A stretch of DNA of 62,796 nucleotides, from positions 1 to 62,796 of the forward strand of contig CAZSTJ010000001.1 of the NCBI GenBank assembly GCA_964609805.1, given 5' to 3'. The DNA comes from an uncultured Geobacter sp. GTDB taxonomy: Bacteria; Desulfobacterota; Desulfuromonadia; Geobacterales; Pseudopelobacteraceae. The notes beneath the pieces are model-generated. The model was not told where the DNA came from, did not search any database, and saw nothing but the letters and a program-made list of their open reading frames with translations. Shown piece by piece: positions 8,535-18,036 of this stretch. Numbering within the stretch: position 1 is the first letter of the stretch; the number at the start of each line of letters is the position of its first letter. The translations under genes and the position numbers were made by a program.

Positions 8535-8686
8535 ACAGTACCCCCATCATATTCCGGACTGCTGCTTAATTTATCAGCAACAGTCCGCTTCCGTAAGCAT
8601 CCCTTCCTCCCTTTTTATGAAACAATTATGCCTATTATGCAGGCATGAACGATGTAACAGCTCAATATTTCGTTGTTTTAATGTTT

Positions 8687-8702
8687 TGGCACGCACTGTG
8701 CT
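8687..8702 (+). promoter_or_regulatory. Sigma-54 (-24/-12) promoter of nifHDK
   Basis: TGGCAC-GCACT-GTGCT, with the GG and GC elements correctly spaced. It lies 145 bp upstream of the nifH ATG. Confidence 0.65.
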
Positions 8703-8738
8703 TTAGTCAGATCACAGAGCAGTGGCAGCACCTTATAA

Positions 8739-9710
<972 letters not shown>

Positions 9711-9723
9711 GGTGACGAACGCC

Positions 9724-9826
9724 TTTGCGCCATCTCCGCGGTGGATTTCGGATTTACGTTGTGCGGCGTAGCGCTGCTACGCCTCCGCCGAAATCCTCAT
9801 CCGCCACAGAGCTGGCATCAAAATCG
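9724..9826 (+). repeat. nif intergenic structured repeat, copy 1 (after nifH)
   Basis: Starts 14 nt after the nifH stop. The core is GTTGTGCGGCGTAGCGCTGCTACGCCTCCGCCGAAATCC, with hairpin GGCGTAGC/GCTACGCC and outer pairing GGATTTCGG/CCGAAATCC. Near-identical to 11460-11563. Confidence 0.8.
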
Positions 9827-9867
9827 TTCGCCATGTGGATAAACAACAAAGCAAGCTTTTGGAGCGA

Positions 9868-9970
9868 GGGATTTTTCGGTCTGGCAAGGTTGTCAAGGAA
9901 GCGGGCGGAGCCGTAGCAGCGCTACAGCGCACAACCGGTTCCGAAAACTTACACAACCAGGCCGGAAAAG
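9868..9970 (-). repeat. nif intergenic structured repeat, copy 2 (inverted, nifH-nifD spacer)
   Basis: The reverse complement reads ..AGTTTTCGGAACCGGTTGTGCGCTGTAGCGCTGCTACGGCTCCGCC..ACCGAAAAATCC, which aligns with the forward copies. Confidence 0.65.
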
Positions 9971-9998
9971 AACCGCTCCCTTACTAAAGGAGTTTCCC

Positions 9999-11441
9999 AT
10001 GTCAAAGATACGAACTGTTGAAGGTATAACAAAGGAATCCACCGAGGCCCTCATTGCAGAAACTCTGGCGGTCTATCCCGAGAAAGCTAAAAAGAAACGT
10101 GCACCGCACCTGGGTGCCAATGATCAGGCGTCCGGCAGTGCCTGCGTCAAGTCAAACAAGAAGACCGTTCCCGGTGTCATGAGCGCCCGCGGCTGTGCCT
10201 ATGCCGGTGCCAAAGGTGTTGTCTGGGGCCCGATCCGCGATATGGTTCATGTGTCCCACGGCCCGGTCGGCTGCGGCTGGTACTCCTGGGGCACCCGTCG
10301 TAACCTGGTGACCGGCATCAACGGCGTCACTCAGTTCGCCATGCAGTTCACCTCCGATTTCCAGGAAAAGGACATCGTCTACGGCGGTGACAAGAAGCTG
10401 AAGACCCTGCTGAATGAAGCCCATGAGCTGTTCCCGCTGGCCAAGGGGATCTCGGTCCTCTCTGAATGTCCGGTCGGACTGATCGGCGACGACATCAACT
10501 CTGTTGCCAAGCAGACCTCCAAGGAGCTGGATATCCCGATTATCCCATGTAACTGCGAGGGTTTCCGCGGGGTTTCCCAGTCGCTGGGGCATCACATCTC
10601 CAACGACACCATCCGTGACTACATCATCGAGACCCGTGAGTTCGCCGAGCCTTCCAGCCCCTACGACATCTCGCTGATCGGTGACTACAACATCGGCGGC
10701 GATGTCTGGTCGGCCAAGTCCCTGCTGGAAGAGATCGGCCTCAATGTCAAATCGGTCTGGACCGGCGACGGCGAGCTGGAGAAGATCGCTGCTACCCACA
10801 CCGTCAAGTTGAACCTGATCCACTGCTACCGTTCCATGAACTACATGTGCAAGGTCATGGAAGAGAAATACGGCATCCCCTGGTTGGAGTTCAACTTCTT
10901 CGGCCCGACTAAGATCCGCGAGAGCCTGCGTGCCATTGGTGCCCGCTTCGACCAGACCATCCAGGATAAGGTTGAGATCGCCATCGCCAAGTATGAGCCG
11001 ATCATGAAGGCCATCGTCGATGAGTACCGTCCGCGACTGGAAGGCAAAAAGGTCATGCTGCTGGTCGGCGGTCTCCGTCCGCGTCATACCATCGGCGCTT
11101 ATGAGGACCTGGGTATGGAGTGCGTCGGTTCCGGCTATGAATTCGCCCACACCGATGATTATGACCGTACCGCCCCGGAAATGCCGGAAGCCACGGTGGT
11201 GTATGACGATCCGTCCGAGTACGAGTTCGAGAAGTTCGCCCATGCCCTGAAGCCGGACCTCATCGGTTCAGGTATCAAAGAGAAATATGTCTTCCAGAAG
11301 ATGGGCATCCCGTTCCGTCAGATGCACAGTTGGGACTACTCCGGTCCGTATCACGGCTACCAGGGCTTTGAGATCTTCGCCCGGGATGTGGATATGGCGG
11401 TGAACAGTCCGACCTGGAAACTGGTCAAGGCACCATTCTAG
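9999..11441 (+). CDS. nifD: Nitrogenase molybdenum-iron protein alpha chain
   Basis: 480 aa. Motifs 'VSHGPVGCG', 'CYRSMNY' and 'GYEFAH' are typical of NifD FeMo-co/P-cluster ligation. Confidence 0.97.
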   Translation: MSKIRTVEGITKESTEALIAETLAVYPEKAKKKRAPHLGANDQASGSACVKSNKKTVPGVMSARGCAYAGAKGVVWGPIRDMVHVSHGPVGCGWYSWGTRRNLVTGINGVTQFAMQFTSDFQEKDIVYGGDKKLKTLLNEAHELFPLAKGISVLSECPVGLIGDDINSVAKQTSKELDIPIIPCNCEGFRGVSQSLGHHISNDTIRDYIIETREFAEPSSPYDISLIGDYNIGGDVWSAKSLLEEIGLNVKSVWTGDGELEKIAATHTVKLNLIHCYRSMNYMCKVMEEKYGIPWLEFNFFGPTKIRESLRAIGARFDQTIQDKVEIAIAKYEPIMKAIVDEYRPRLEGKKVMLLVGGLRPRHTIGAYEDLGMECVGSGYEFAHTDDYDRTAPEMPEATVVYDDPSEYEFEKFAHALKPDLIGSGIKEKYVFQKMGIPFRQMHSWDYSGPYHGYQGFEIFARDVDMAVNSPTWKLVKAPF

Positions 11442-11459
11442 GTATGTGACGGCGCCCGC

Positions 11460-11563
11460 TTTTGCGCCATCTCGGCGGTTGGTTTCGGATTCTCGTTGTG
11501 CGGCGTAGCGCTGCTACGCCTCCGCCGAAATCCTTACCAGCCACCGACCTGACATCAAAATCG
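11460..11563 (+). repeat. nif intergenic structured repeat, copy 3 (after nifD)
   Basis: Starts 19 nt after the nifD stop and has the same core as copy 1. Confidence 0.8.
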
Positions 11564-11636
11564 AACGCCGATAGGAACAAGCATAATAAAATCCGGCTGT
11601 GTGACAGATTGGTCGCCGGCCCCAAAGGAGTAACTT

Positions 11637-13106
11637 ATGTCAAACGCACTCGGACTTGAAATCAAAAAGGTCACCGAATATACCGCCGAAGAGGTGGAGA
11701 CGACTAAAAACTGGATCAACTCGGAAGAGTACAAAGAGAAGAACTTTGCCCGCCAGGCGCTGGTGATCAACCCGGCCCATGCCTGTCAGCCGCTGGGTGC
11801 CCAGTTGGCGGCCCACGGTTTCGAAGGGACCCTGCCGTTCGTTCACGGTTCCCAGGGGTGTGCCTCCTACTACCGTTCCACCCTCAATCGTCATTTCCGT
11901 GAACCGGCCCCTGCAGTGTCGGACGCCATGACCGAAGACGGCGCCGTGTTCGGCGGCCAGAACAACCTGCACGAGGGTCTGGAAAACGCCCATGCACTGT
12001 ACAAACCGAAAATGATCGCCGTCTTCACCTCCTGCATGCCGGAGGTCATCGGTGACGATCTGACCGCCTTCATCAAGAACGCCAAGCAGAAGGGGCATAT
12101 CCCCAAGGAACTGCCGGTACCCTACGCCAACACCCCCAGCTTCAACGGTACCCATATTCATGGCTATGACTCCATGCTGAACTCGATCCTGCAGTACCTG
12201 ACTGAAGGCAAGCAGGTTGAGGGGCGCTGCACCGGCAAGCTGAACCTGATCCCGGGCTGCGACTTCAATACCGGCGACTACCGTGAATACAAGCGCATCC
12301 TGAAGGAGTTCGGCATCCCCTATACACTGCTGGCCGATATCTCCGATACCTTCGATTCGCCCTGCGACGGCACCTATAATATCTATGCCGGCGGCACCAA
12401 ACTGGAGGACACGGCCGATTCGATCAACGGTAAGGCCACTATCGCCATCGGTCCCTATGCGACACCGAAGACCTTCAGCTTCATCAAGGACAACTTCTCC
12501 GGTAAGCATGTCTCCCTGCCGATGCCGATGGGTATTGAAAAGACTGATGCCCTGATCATGAAGATCGCCGAACTGTTCGGCAAGGATGTGCCGGAATCCT
12601 TGAAGAATGAGCGCGGCAGGGCCGTCGATGCCATGACCGATTCACAGCAGTACATGCACGGTAAGAAGTTTGCCGTCTATGGTGACCCGGACTATCTGAT
12701 GGGGTATGTATCCTTTCTGCTGGAGATGGGCGCCCGCCCGTACCACATCCTCTGCAGCCGCGGCAGCAAGAAGGCCGAGAAGGAACTTCAGGCGCTGCTG
12801 GATGGTTCCATGTACGGCGCAGGGTGCAAGATCTACATGAACAAGGACCTCTGGCACCTGCGCTCCCTGCTGATGACCGACAAGGTCGATGCCGTCATCG
12901 GCGACACCCACGGCAAATTTGCCGCCCGTGACGCCGGCGTGCCTCTGTTCCGCTTCGGTTTCCCGGTATTCGACCGGGTCAACAAGCACCGCTACCCGAT
13001 CATCGGCTACCAGGGGATCATCAACATGGTCACCGAGATCTGCAACAAGTTCATTGATATCAAGGATGAGACGTGTGAAGACCGCTTCTTCGAGATGATG
13101 CGCTAA
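11637..13106 (+). CDS. nifK: Nitrogenase molybdenum-iron protein beta chain
   Basis: 489 aa. Motifs 'ACQPLGA', 'HGSQGCASY', 'TSCMPEVIGDD'. Confidence 0.97.
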   Translation: MSNALGLEIKKVTEYTAEEVETTKNWINSEEYKEKNFARQALVINPAHACQPLGAQLAAHGFEGTLPFVHGSQGCASYYRSTLNRHFREPAPAVSDAMTEDGAVFGGQNNLHEGLENAHALYKPKMIAVFTSCMPEVIGDDLTAFIKNAKQKGHIPKELPVPYANTPSFNGTHIHGYDSMLNSILQYLTEGKQVEGRCTGKLNLIPGCDFNTGDYREYKRILKEFGIPYTLLADISDTFDSPCDGTYNIYAGGTKLEDTADSINGKATIAIGPYATPKTFSFIKDNFSGKHVSLPMPMGIEKTDALIMKIAELFGKDVPESLKNERGRAVDAMTDSQQYMHGKKFAVYGDPDYLMGYVSFLLEMGARPYHILCSRGSKKAEKELQALLDGSMYGAGCKIYMNKDLWHLRSLLMTDKVDAVIGDTHGKFAARDAGVPLFRFGFPVFDRVNKHRYPIIGYQGIINMVTEICNKFIDIKDETCEDRFFEMMR

Positions 13107-13117
13107 GTGGAGCGCGG

Positions 13118-13218
13118 CTTTTCCGCCATCTCGGCGTTGCCTTCGTCATCGCTTGTGCGGCGTAGCGCTGCTACGCCTCCGCGCTCTTTCTCGGCGCCAC
13201 CGACCTGACGAAAAATCC
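13118..13218 (+). repeat. nif intergenic structured repeat, copy 4 (after nifK, more diverged flanks)
   Basis: Starts 12 nt after the nifK stop. It shares TTTTCCGCCATCTCGGCG..TGTGCGGCGTAGCGCTGCTACGCCTCCGC..CCACCGACCTGACGAAAAATCC. Confidence 0.75.
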
Positions 13219-13256
13219 ACGCTCCTGGTCGAAAAATTATTAATCGTGCTGCAGTT

Positions 13257-13300
13257 ACACGGCCGGAAGGGAAACCTTCCGGCCGTGTCTGTTTGATTTT
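13257..13300 (+). terminator. Intrinsic terminator ending the nifHDK unit
   Basis: ACACGGCCGGAAGG-GAAA-CCTTCCGGCCGTGT followed by a T-rich tract (CTGTTTGATTTT). Confidence 0.65.
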
Positions 13301-13394
13301 GCTGTTCGAAGTATTCTCCCGTATGGTTTGTCTTGTGTTTGAATGAAAAATCATATAAAACAACATAATTGGTTGTTATTAATTATGGTCGAGA

Positions 13395-13808
13395 ATGCGC
13401 ATGGACAACAGTAATCTGCATATACTGATCGCCGAGGATGAGATCACCCACGCTGTTGCCCTGCGTCGTATGCTCGAAAAAGGCTATCCCGGGGCATACA
13501 TCACGGTTGTGCCTTCTCTTCGGGAGTTTAAGGCGAGCATTGCGTCAAAAATCCCTTCAATCGCGCTTCTTGATCTGAACCTGATTGACGGCAACAGTCT
13601 TGATATGCTGAAGGAATTACCCGCACCGCCGGCATTTCCGGTGGTGATGCTCAGTAGTTATACCAGCCGGCAGGTTGTTGCCGAGGCAGTGGCCGCAGGT
13701 GCCATGAGTCTCATCATCAAATCGCCGGAAGTGTTTATGACGATCTCTGAAATTGTCGGCACTACGTTGGAAGATTGGGCAGGTCATCAGACTTCTGTCT
13801 CGGTGTAG
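13395..13808 (+). CDS. Stand-alone CheY-like response-regulator receiver protein
   Basis: 'ILIAEDE', phospho-acceptor 'ALLDLNLIDG', 'VVMLSS', 'LIIKSP'. There is no output domain. Confidence 0.8.
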   Translation: MRMDNSNLHILIAEDEITHAVALRRMLEKGYPGAYITVVPSLREFKASIASKIPSIALLDLNLIDGNSLDMLKELPAPPAFPVVMLSSYTSRQVVAEAVAAGAMSLIIKSPEVFMTISEIVGTTLEDWAGHQTSVSV

Positions 13809-13874
13809 TACGAAGAGGATGCGGCCGGCGGGAATCATGGCCGCAGCAGGATACAGAGATAAACTCGATTTACC

Positions 13875-13900
13875 GGGCAGCCCCATGGGCTGCCTTTATT
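13875..13900 (+). terminator. Possible intrinsic terminator after the receiver gene
   Basis: GGCAGCCC-CAT-GGGCTGCC followed by TTTATT. Confidence 0.45.
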
Positions 13901-14053
13901 ATGTGCAGCACAGGTGTTCAAGCCAATCGATTGCCCTTCAATGACTGTGGCGACAGAATTAGTGCTTATTTTGTATGCAGTATTGCCGTGTCTCGTCGGT
14001 GCTGATGTATTAATAATAACGTAAATACAATGCGTTGCTGGCATTGTCGTAAT

Positions 14054-14069
14054 TGGCACAACACATGCT
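14054..14069 (+). promoter_or_regulatory. Sigma-54 promoter of nifEN
   Basis: TGGCAC-AACAC-ATGCT, 125 bp upstream of the nifEN ATG. Confidence 0.65.
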
Positions 14070-14098
14070 AATCTGAACCTACAATAGAATGACTGACC

Positions 14099-14152
14099 CG
14101 GCAATGGCGCCGACCGTGTTTCAGGATAACCTGAGCGGTGGCGCCGTTTTTA
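14099..14152 (+). terminator. nifEN leader: hexaloop hairpin overlapping an intrinsic terminator
   Basis: CGGC[AATGGC]GCCG, then GGCGCCGACCG...CGGTGGCGCC followed by GTTTTTATTTT. Confidence 0.6.
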
Positions 14153-14193
14153 TTTTCCGTCCGAACACGCAGTTTCAACGAAGGATGTGACCT

Positions 14194-16953
14194 ATGGCCA
14201 AACCCGATTGGTATGATGCCGACAATTGCGAGACCCACGACAAGGGTGCGCCGAAATTTTGCAAAAAATCAGAGCCGGGTGAGGGAACCGAGCGCTCCTG
14301 CGCCTATGACGGTGCCAGGGTCGTGCTGATGCCCATAACTGATGTAATCCATCTGGTACATGGCCCGATCGGCTGTGCCGGGAATTCCTGGGACAACCGC
14401 GGTGCCCGCTCCTCCGATTCTCAGCTGTACCGGCGCGGATTTACCACGGAGATGCTGGAAAACGACGTTATCTTCGGCGGCGAGAAGAAACTCTACAAGG
14501 CGATCCTCGACCTGGCAGAGCGTTACAAGGACCAGGCCCGGGCCATCTTCGTCTACGCCACCTGCGTAACCGCCATGACCGGTGATGATGTGGAGTCGGT
14601 CTGTACGGCGGCAGCGGCCAAGGTGTCCATCCCGGTCATCCCGGTCAACACCCCTGGTTTCATCGGGGACAAAAATATCGGCAACCGTCTGGCCGGCGAA
14701 ATCATGTTCAAGTACGTCATCGGCACTACTGAACCGCCGGTTCTGGGAGAATACCCGATCAACCTGATCGGCGAGTACAACATCGCCGGGGATCTCTGGG
14801 GGATGCTGCCGCTCTTCGACCGGTTGGGGATCCAGGTCCTTTCCTGTTTCAGTGGCGACGCTAAATTCGAAGAGCTACGCTACGCCCATCGGGCCAAGCT
14901 GAACATCATCATCTGTTCCAAATCCCTGACTAACCTTGCTAAGAAGATGCAGAAAGCCTACGGCATGCCGTATCTGGAGGAGTCGTTCTACGGCATGACC
15001 GATACCGCCAAGGCGCTGCGTGACATCGCCCGCGAGCTGGACAACATCGTCAACGGTCTGGAGAAGCGGACCATGCAGGACCGGGTGGAACGGCTGATCG
15101 CAGAAGAAGAGGCAAAATGCCGGGCAGCCATCGCACCCTACCGTGCCAGGCTGGAAGGGAAGACCGCCGTACTGTTCACCGGGGGGGTCAAAACCTGGTC
15201 GATGGTCAATTCCCTGACCGAGTTGGGCGTGGAAGTCCTGGCGGCCGGAACCCAGAACTCAACCCTGGAGGATTTCTACCGCATGAAGGGGTTGATGCAC
15301 AAGGATGCCAAGATCATTGAGGACACCTCCACAGCCGGTCTGCTGGCGGTGATGCGCGATAAGATGCCGGACCTGATCGTGGCCGGCGGCAAGACTAAAT
15401 TTCTGGCACTGAAGACCAAGACCCCGTTTATGGACATCAATCATGGCCGATCGCACCCCTACGCCGGTTACGAAGGGATGGTGACCTTCTCCCGGCAGCT
15501 GGACATGACGGTCAACAACCCGATCTGGGCGACCCTGAATGCCCCGGCCCCCTGGGAGAAGAGCGACGATGAACTGGCCGGTGACCTGGCCGCCAGTGCA
15601 GGGCATGGCGAAACGTTTCTGGGTGAGGATATCTCTGCGTCGCGGGTCAAGGTCTCGACCAAAGCCGCCACGGTCAACCCCCAGAAAAACTCCCCTGCCC
15701 TGGGAGCCACCATGGCCTACCTGGGAATCGACAATATGCTGGGGCTGCTGCATGGTGCCCAGGGGTGCTCGACCTTCATCCGGCTGCAGTTGTCGCGGCA
15801 TTACAAGGAATCCATCGCCCTCAATGCCACCGCCATGAGCGAGGACAGTGCAATCTTCGGCGGCTGGGAGAACCTGAAGAAGGGGATCGGCCGAGTGATC
15901 GAGAAGTTCCAGCCCCAGGTGGTGGGGGTCATGACGACCGGTCTGACCGAAACCATGGGCGATGATGTCAACAGTGCCATCAAGCAGTTCCGTGAACAGA
16001 ACCCGGAACATGACGGGGTCCCGATCATCTGGGCTTCCACGCCGGACTACTGCGGATCGCTGCAGGAAGGATATGCGGCGGCGGTGGAGTCGATCGTCTC
16101 CAGCCTGGCTGAGGGGGGGACGACCATGCCTGACCAGGTCAATCTGCTGCCGGGTGCTCACCTGACCCCGGCCGACGTGGAGGAGCTGAAAGAGCTGGTG
16201 GAGTCCTTCGGTCTGACGGTGCTGACGGTCCCGGATATCTCCAATGCCATGGACGGCCATATCGATGAGGTGGTATCACCCCTGTCTACCGGAGGTATCA
16301 CCGTCGAGGATATCAGGAAGGCGGGGCGGAGCGTCGCGACGCTGTACGTCGGTGATTCTCTTGCCAAGGCCGGTCTCAAGCTGAAGGAAAAATTCGGCAT
16401 CCCGGCCTACGGCTTCACCTCCCTGACCGGGCTTGCCGAGACCGACCGCTTCATGGAAGTGCTCTCTGCCATCAGCGGCCGGCCGATCCCGGAGAAGCAT
16501 CGCCGCTGGCGTTCGCGCCTCATGGACGCCATGGTGGACAGCCACTATCAGTTCGGCACCAAGCGGGTGGCGATCGCCCTGGAGTCCGACAACCTGAAAA
16601 CGCTGACCGGCTTCCTGGCCGGCATGGGGTGCGAGATCCAGGCGGCGTTGTCAGCTACCCGTACCCGTGGCCTGGACGGACTGCCCAGCGCCAATGTCTT
16701 TGTTGGTGATCTGGAGGACCTGGAGACGGATGCCGTCGGGGCAGATCTGATCGTGGCCAATTCCAACGGCCGTCAGGCAGCAGCCAAGCTCAAGATCGGC
16801 GCCCACCTGAGGGCCGGAGTGCCGGTGTTTGACCGGTTGGGTGCCCATCAGAAGGTTTGGGTCGGATATCGCGGTACGCTGAATTTGGTGTTCGAGGCCG
16901 CCAACCTGTTCCAGGCCAATGCCAAGGAGGCCCAGAAGTTGGCGCACAACTAA
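14194..16953 (+). CDS. nifEN: Fused nitrogenase FeMo-cofactor scaffold protein NifE-NifN
   Basis: 919 aa. The N-terminal half is NifE-like ('CAYDGARVVLMPITDVIHLVHGPIGCAG'). The C-terminal half is NifN-like ('NPQKNSPALGATMAYLGIDNMLGLLHGAQGCSTF'). They are joined by an acidic linker. Confidence 0.9.
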   Translation: MAKPDWYDADNCETHDKGAPKFCKKSEPGEGTERSCAYDGARVVLMPITDVIHLVHGPIGCAGNSWDNRGARSSDSQLYRRGFTTEMLENDVIFGGEKKLYKAILDLAERYKDQARAIFVYATCVTAMTGDDVESVCTAAAAKVSIPVIPVNTPGFIGDKNIGNRLAGEIMFKYVIGTTEPPVLGEYPINLIGEYNIAGDLWGMLPLFDRLGIQVLSCFSGDAKFEELRYAHRAKLNIIICSKSLTNLAKKMQKAYGMPYLEESFYGMTDTAKALRDIARELDNIVNGLEKRTMQDRVERLIAEEEAKCRAAIAPYRARLEGKTAVLFTGGVKTWSMVNSLTELGVEVLAAGTQNSTLEDFYRMKGLMHKDAKIIEDTSTAGLLAVMRDKMPDLIVAGGKTKFLALKTKTPFMDINHGRSHPYAGYEGMVTFSRQLDMTVNNPIWATLNAPAPWEKSDDELAGDLAASAGHGETFLGEDISASRVKVSTKAATVNPQKNSPALGATMAYLGIDNMLGLLHGAQGCSTFIRLQLSRHYKESIALNATAMSEDSAIFGGWENLKKGIGRVIEKFQPQVVGVMTTGLTETMGDDVNSAIKQFREQNPEHDGVPIIWASTPDYCGSLQEGYAAAVESIVSSLAEGGTTMPDQVNLLPGAHLTPADVEELKELVESFGLTVLTVPDISNAMDGHIDEVVSPLSTGGITVEDIRKAGRSVATLYVGDSLAKAGLKLKEKFGIPAYGFTSLTGLAETDRFMEVLSAISGRPIPEKHRRWRSRLMDAMVDSHYQFGTKRVAIALESDNLKTLTGFLAGMGCEIQAALSATRTRGLDGLPSANVFVGDLEDLETDAVGADLIVANSNGRQAAAKLKIGAHLRAGVPVFDRLGAHQKVWVGYRGTLNLVFEAANLFQANAKEAQKLAHN

Positions 16954-17102
16954 GCCAGATACCGACGTTACGACAGATGTTGTGGAACGGTAGATGGGCA
17001 GTTACTGATTGTGTGACTAATAAATAGGCATTATTAGCAGCCTAAAGCGGTAACTGTTTGCGTCATAAGGAGCATAGTCAATAATTTAAGTAAGATAGAG
17101 CT

Positions 17103-17118
17103 TGGCATGCCATATGCT
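17103..17118 (+). promoter_or_regulatory. Sigma-54 promoter of the nifX-fdx unit
   Basis: TGGCAT-GCCAT-ATGCT, 134 bp upstream of the nifX ATG. Confidence 0.6.
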
Positions 17119-17171
17119 TTCTATAAGAAGCGAACCAGCAGATACTGAGAAACTAAATAATTCGATGAAGA

Positions 17172-17214
17172 TGGCAATGGCGCCACTCCCCGGTCAGGGG
17201 AGGGCGCCGTTTTA
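17172..17214 (+). terminator. nifX leader: hexaloop hairpin overlapping an intrinsic terminator
   Basis: TGGC[AATGGC]GCCA, then GGCGCCACTCCCC-GGTCA-GGGGAGGGCGCC followed by GTTTTATTT. Confidence 0.6.
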
Positions 17215-17251
17215 TTTGGGTTGCTACAGAGATATGTCACAGGGGGTAGGT

Positions 17252-17638
17252 ATGAAAATCGCGTTTACGACATCAAGCGGTGAGATCATCGATCAGCATT
17301 TCGGGCAGTGTCACAGTTTCCACATCTGGGAAGTGGGACCGGACGAGGCCGCATTCCTTGAGATTGTAACCGTTGGCGAACATGGCGGCGACGAAGAGGA
17401 CCGGATCGCTGCCCGGGCCAAGGTGCTGGCCGATTGTGCAATTGTCTACACCATGCAGATCGGCGGCCCTGCCGCGGCCAAACTGGTGGCGCTGAAAATC
17501 CATCCCATGAAGACCAACAGTGAGGTCAATCTGAAGGAGACTGTGGAACGATTTCAGGAGGTGCTGCGCGGCAATCCGCCCCCCTGGCTGAGAAAGGCAA
17601 TGAACAAGGGGCAACTGACATCGTTCACTGAAGATTGA
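17252..17638 (+). CDS. nifX: NifX (NifB/NifX-family FeMo-cofactor binding protein)
   Basis: ATG 17252 follows SD AGGGGG. 'MKIAFTTSSGEIIDQHFGQCHSFHIW' is the Nitro_FeMo-Co domain signature. The ORF-track N-terminal extension covers the promoter and terminator. Confidence 0.75.
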   Translation: MKIAFTTSSGEIIDQHFGQCHSFHIWEVGPDEAAFLEIVTVGEHGGDEEDRIAARAKVLADCAIVYTMQIGGPAAAKLVALKIHPMKTNSEVNLKETVERFQEVLRGNPPPWLRKAMNKGQLTSFTED

Positions 17639-17697
17639 TCTTGAAGCAATGAACATTAATCCGGGCCCGTAGGCTCTCATATAAAGGAGATAACATC

Positions 17698-17961
17698 ATG
17701 GCATCAATTACCGGTTTGACCAGGGATGGGCAGGTCTGGACTCCCAAGTTTGCCACCAGTATCGATATGGATTCCTGTATCGGCTGCGGACGCTGCTTCA
17801 AGGCCTGTGCAAAAGGTGTCCTTACCCTTGAGGAGATAGAAGTCGGCGATACGGAGAAGAGCTTTATGAAGGTCGCCTATCCCGGCCGCTGTATCGGCTG
17901 CGGTGCCTGCGGCAGGACCTGCCCAAAAAACTGCTTCACCTTTGAGGAAGTCGAGCTCTAG
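17698..17961 (+). CDS. nif-specific ferredoxin III-type 2x[4Fe-4S] ferredoxin, copy 1
   Basis: 87 aa, 'CIGCGRCFKAC' and 'CIGCGACGRTCP'. The N-terminal 'ITGLTRDG..W.P.F' is shared with copy 2. Confidence 0.8.
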   Translation: MASITGLTRDGQVWTPKFATSIDMDSCIGCGRCFKACAKGVLTLEEIEVGDTEKSFMKVAYPGRCIGCGACGRTCPKNCFTFEEVEL

Positions 17962-18036
17962 GCCGGCAGCCAGTTTCAGCCGGCCTGTATCCCGGATCGA
18001 CGTACACACATACAAACCGCTATGGAGGAATATACA

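Noticed and set aside
9725-9916. Small ORFs MRHLRGGFRIYVVRRSAATPPPKS.. (9725-9916) and MRHLGGWFRILVVRRSAATPPPKS.. (11462-11659) with similar N-termini
   Set aside because: The similarity is simply the nif intergenic repeat read in one frame. They use non-ATG starts and have no SD. The third and fourth repeat copies do not keep the frame.
10152-11243. 363-aa antisense ORF inside nifD. Similar long antisense ORFs occur at 11640-12509, 15259-16260, 17704-18810, 18804-19679, 20520-21350, 22165-22953, 23232-23921, 24267-24812, 27109-28284, 34065-34901, 35476-36468, 37389-38945, 39187-40719, 42522-43796, 45252-46436, 47421-48332, 50964-51545, 53339-54169, 58430-59014, 59639-60292, 60395-61123 and 61606-62151.
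   Set aside because: Each lies opposite a gene with unmistakable family motifs. Their translations are low-complexity and rich in Arg/Gly/Pro/His-type residues, as expected from stop-poor antisense frames of GC-rich DNA. None has a recognisable motif or a good SD.
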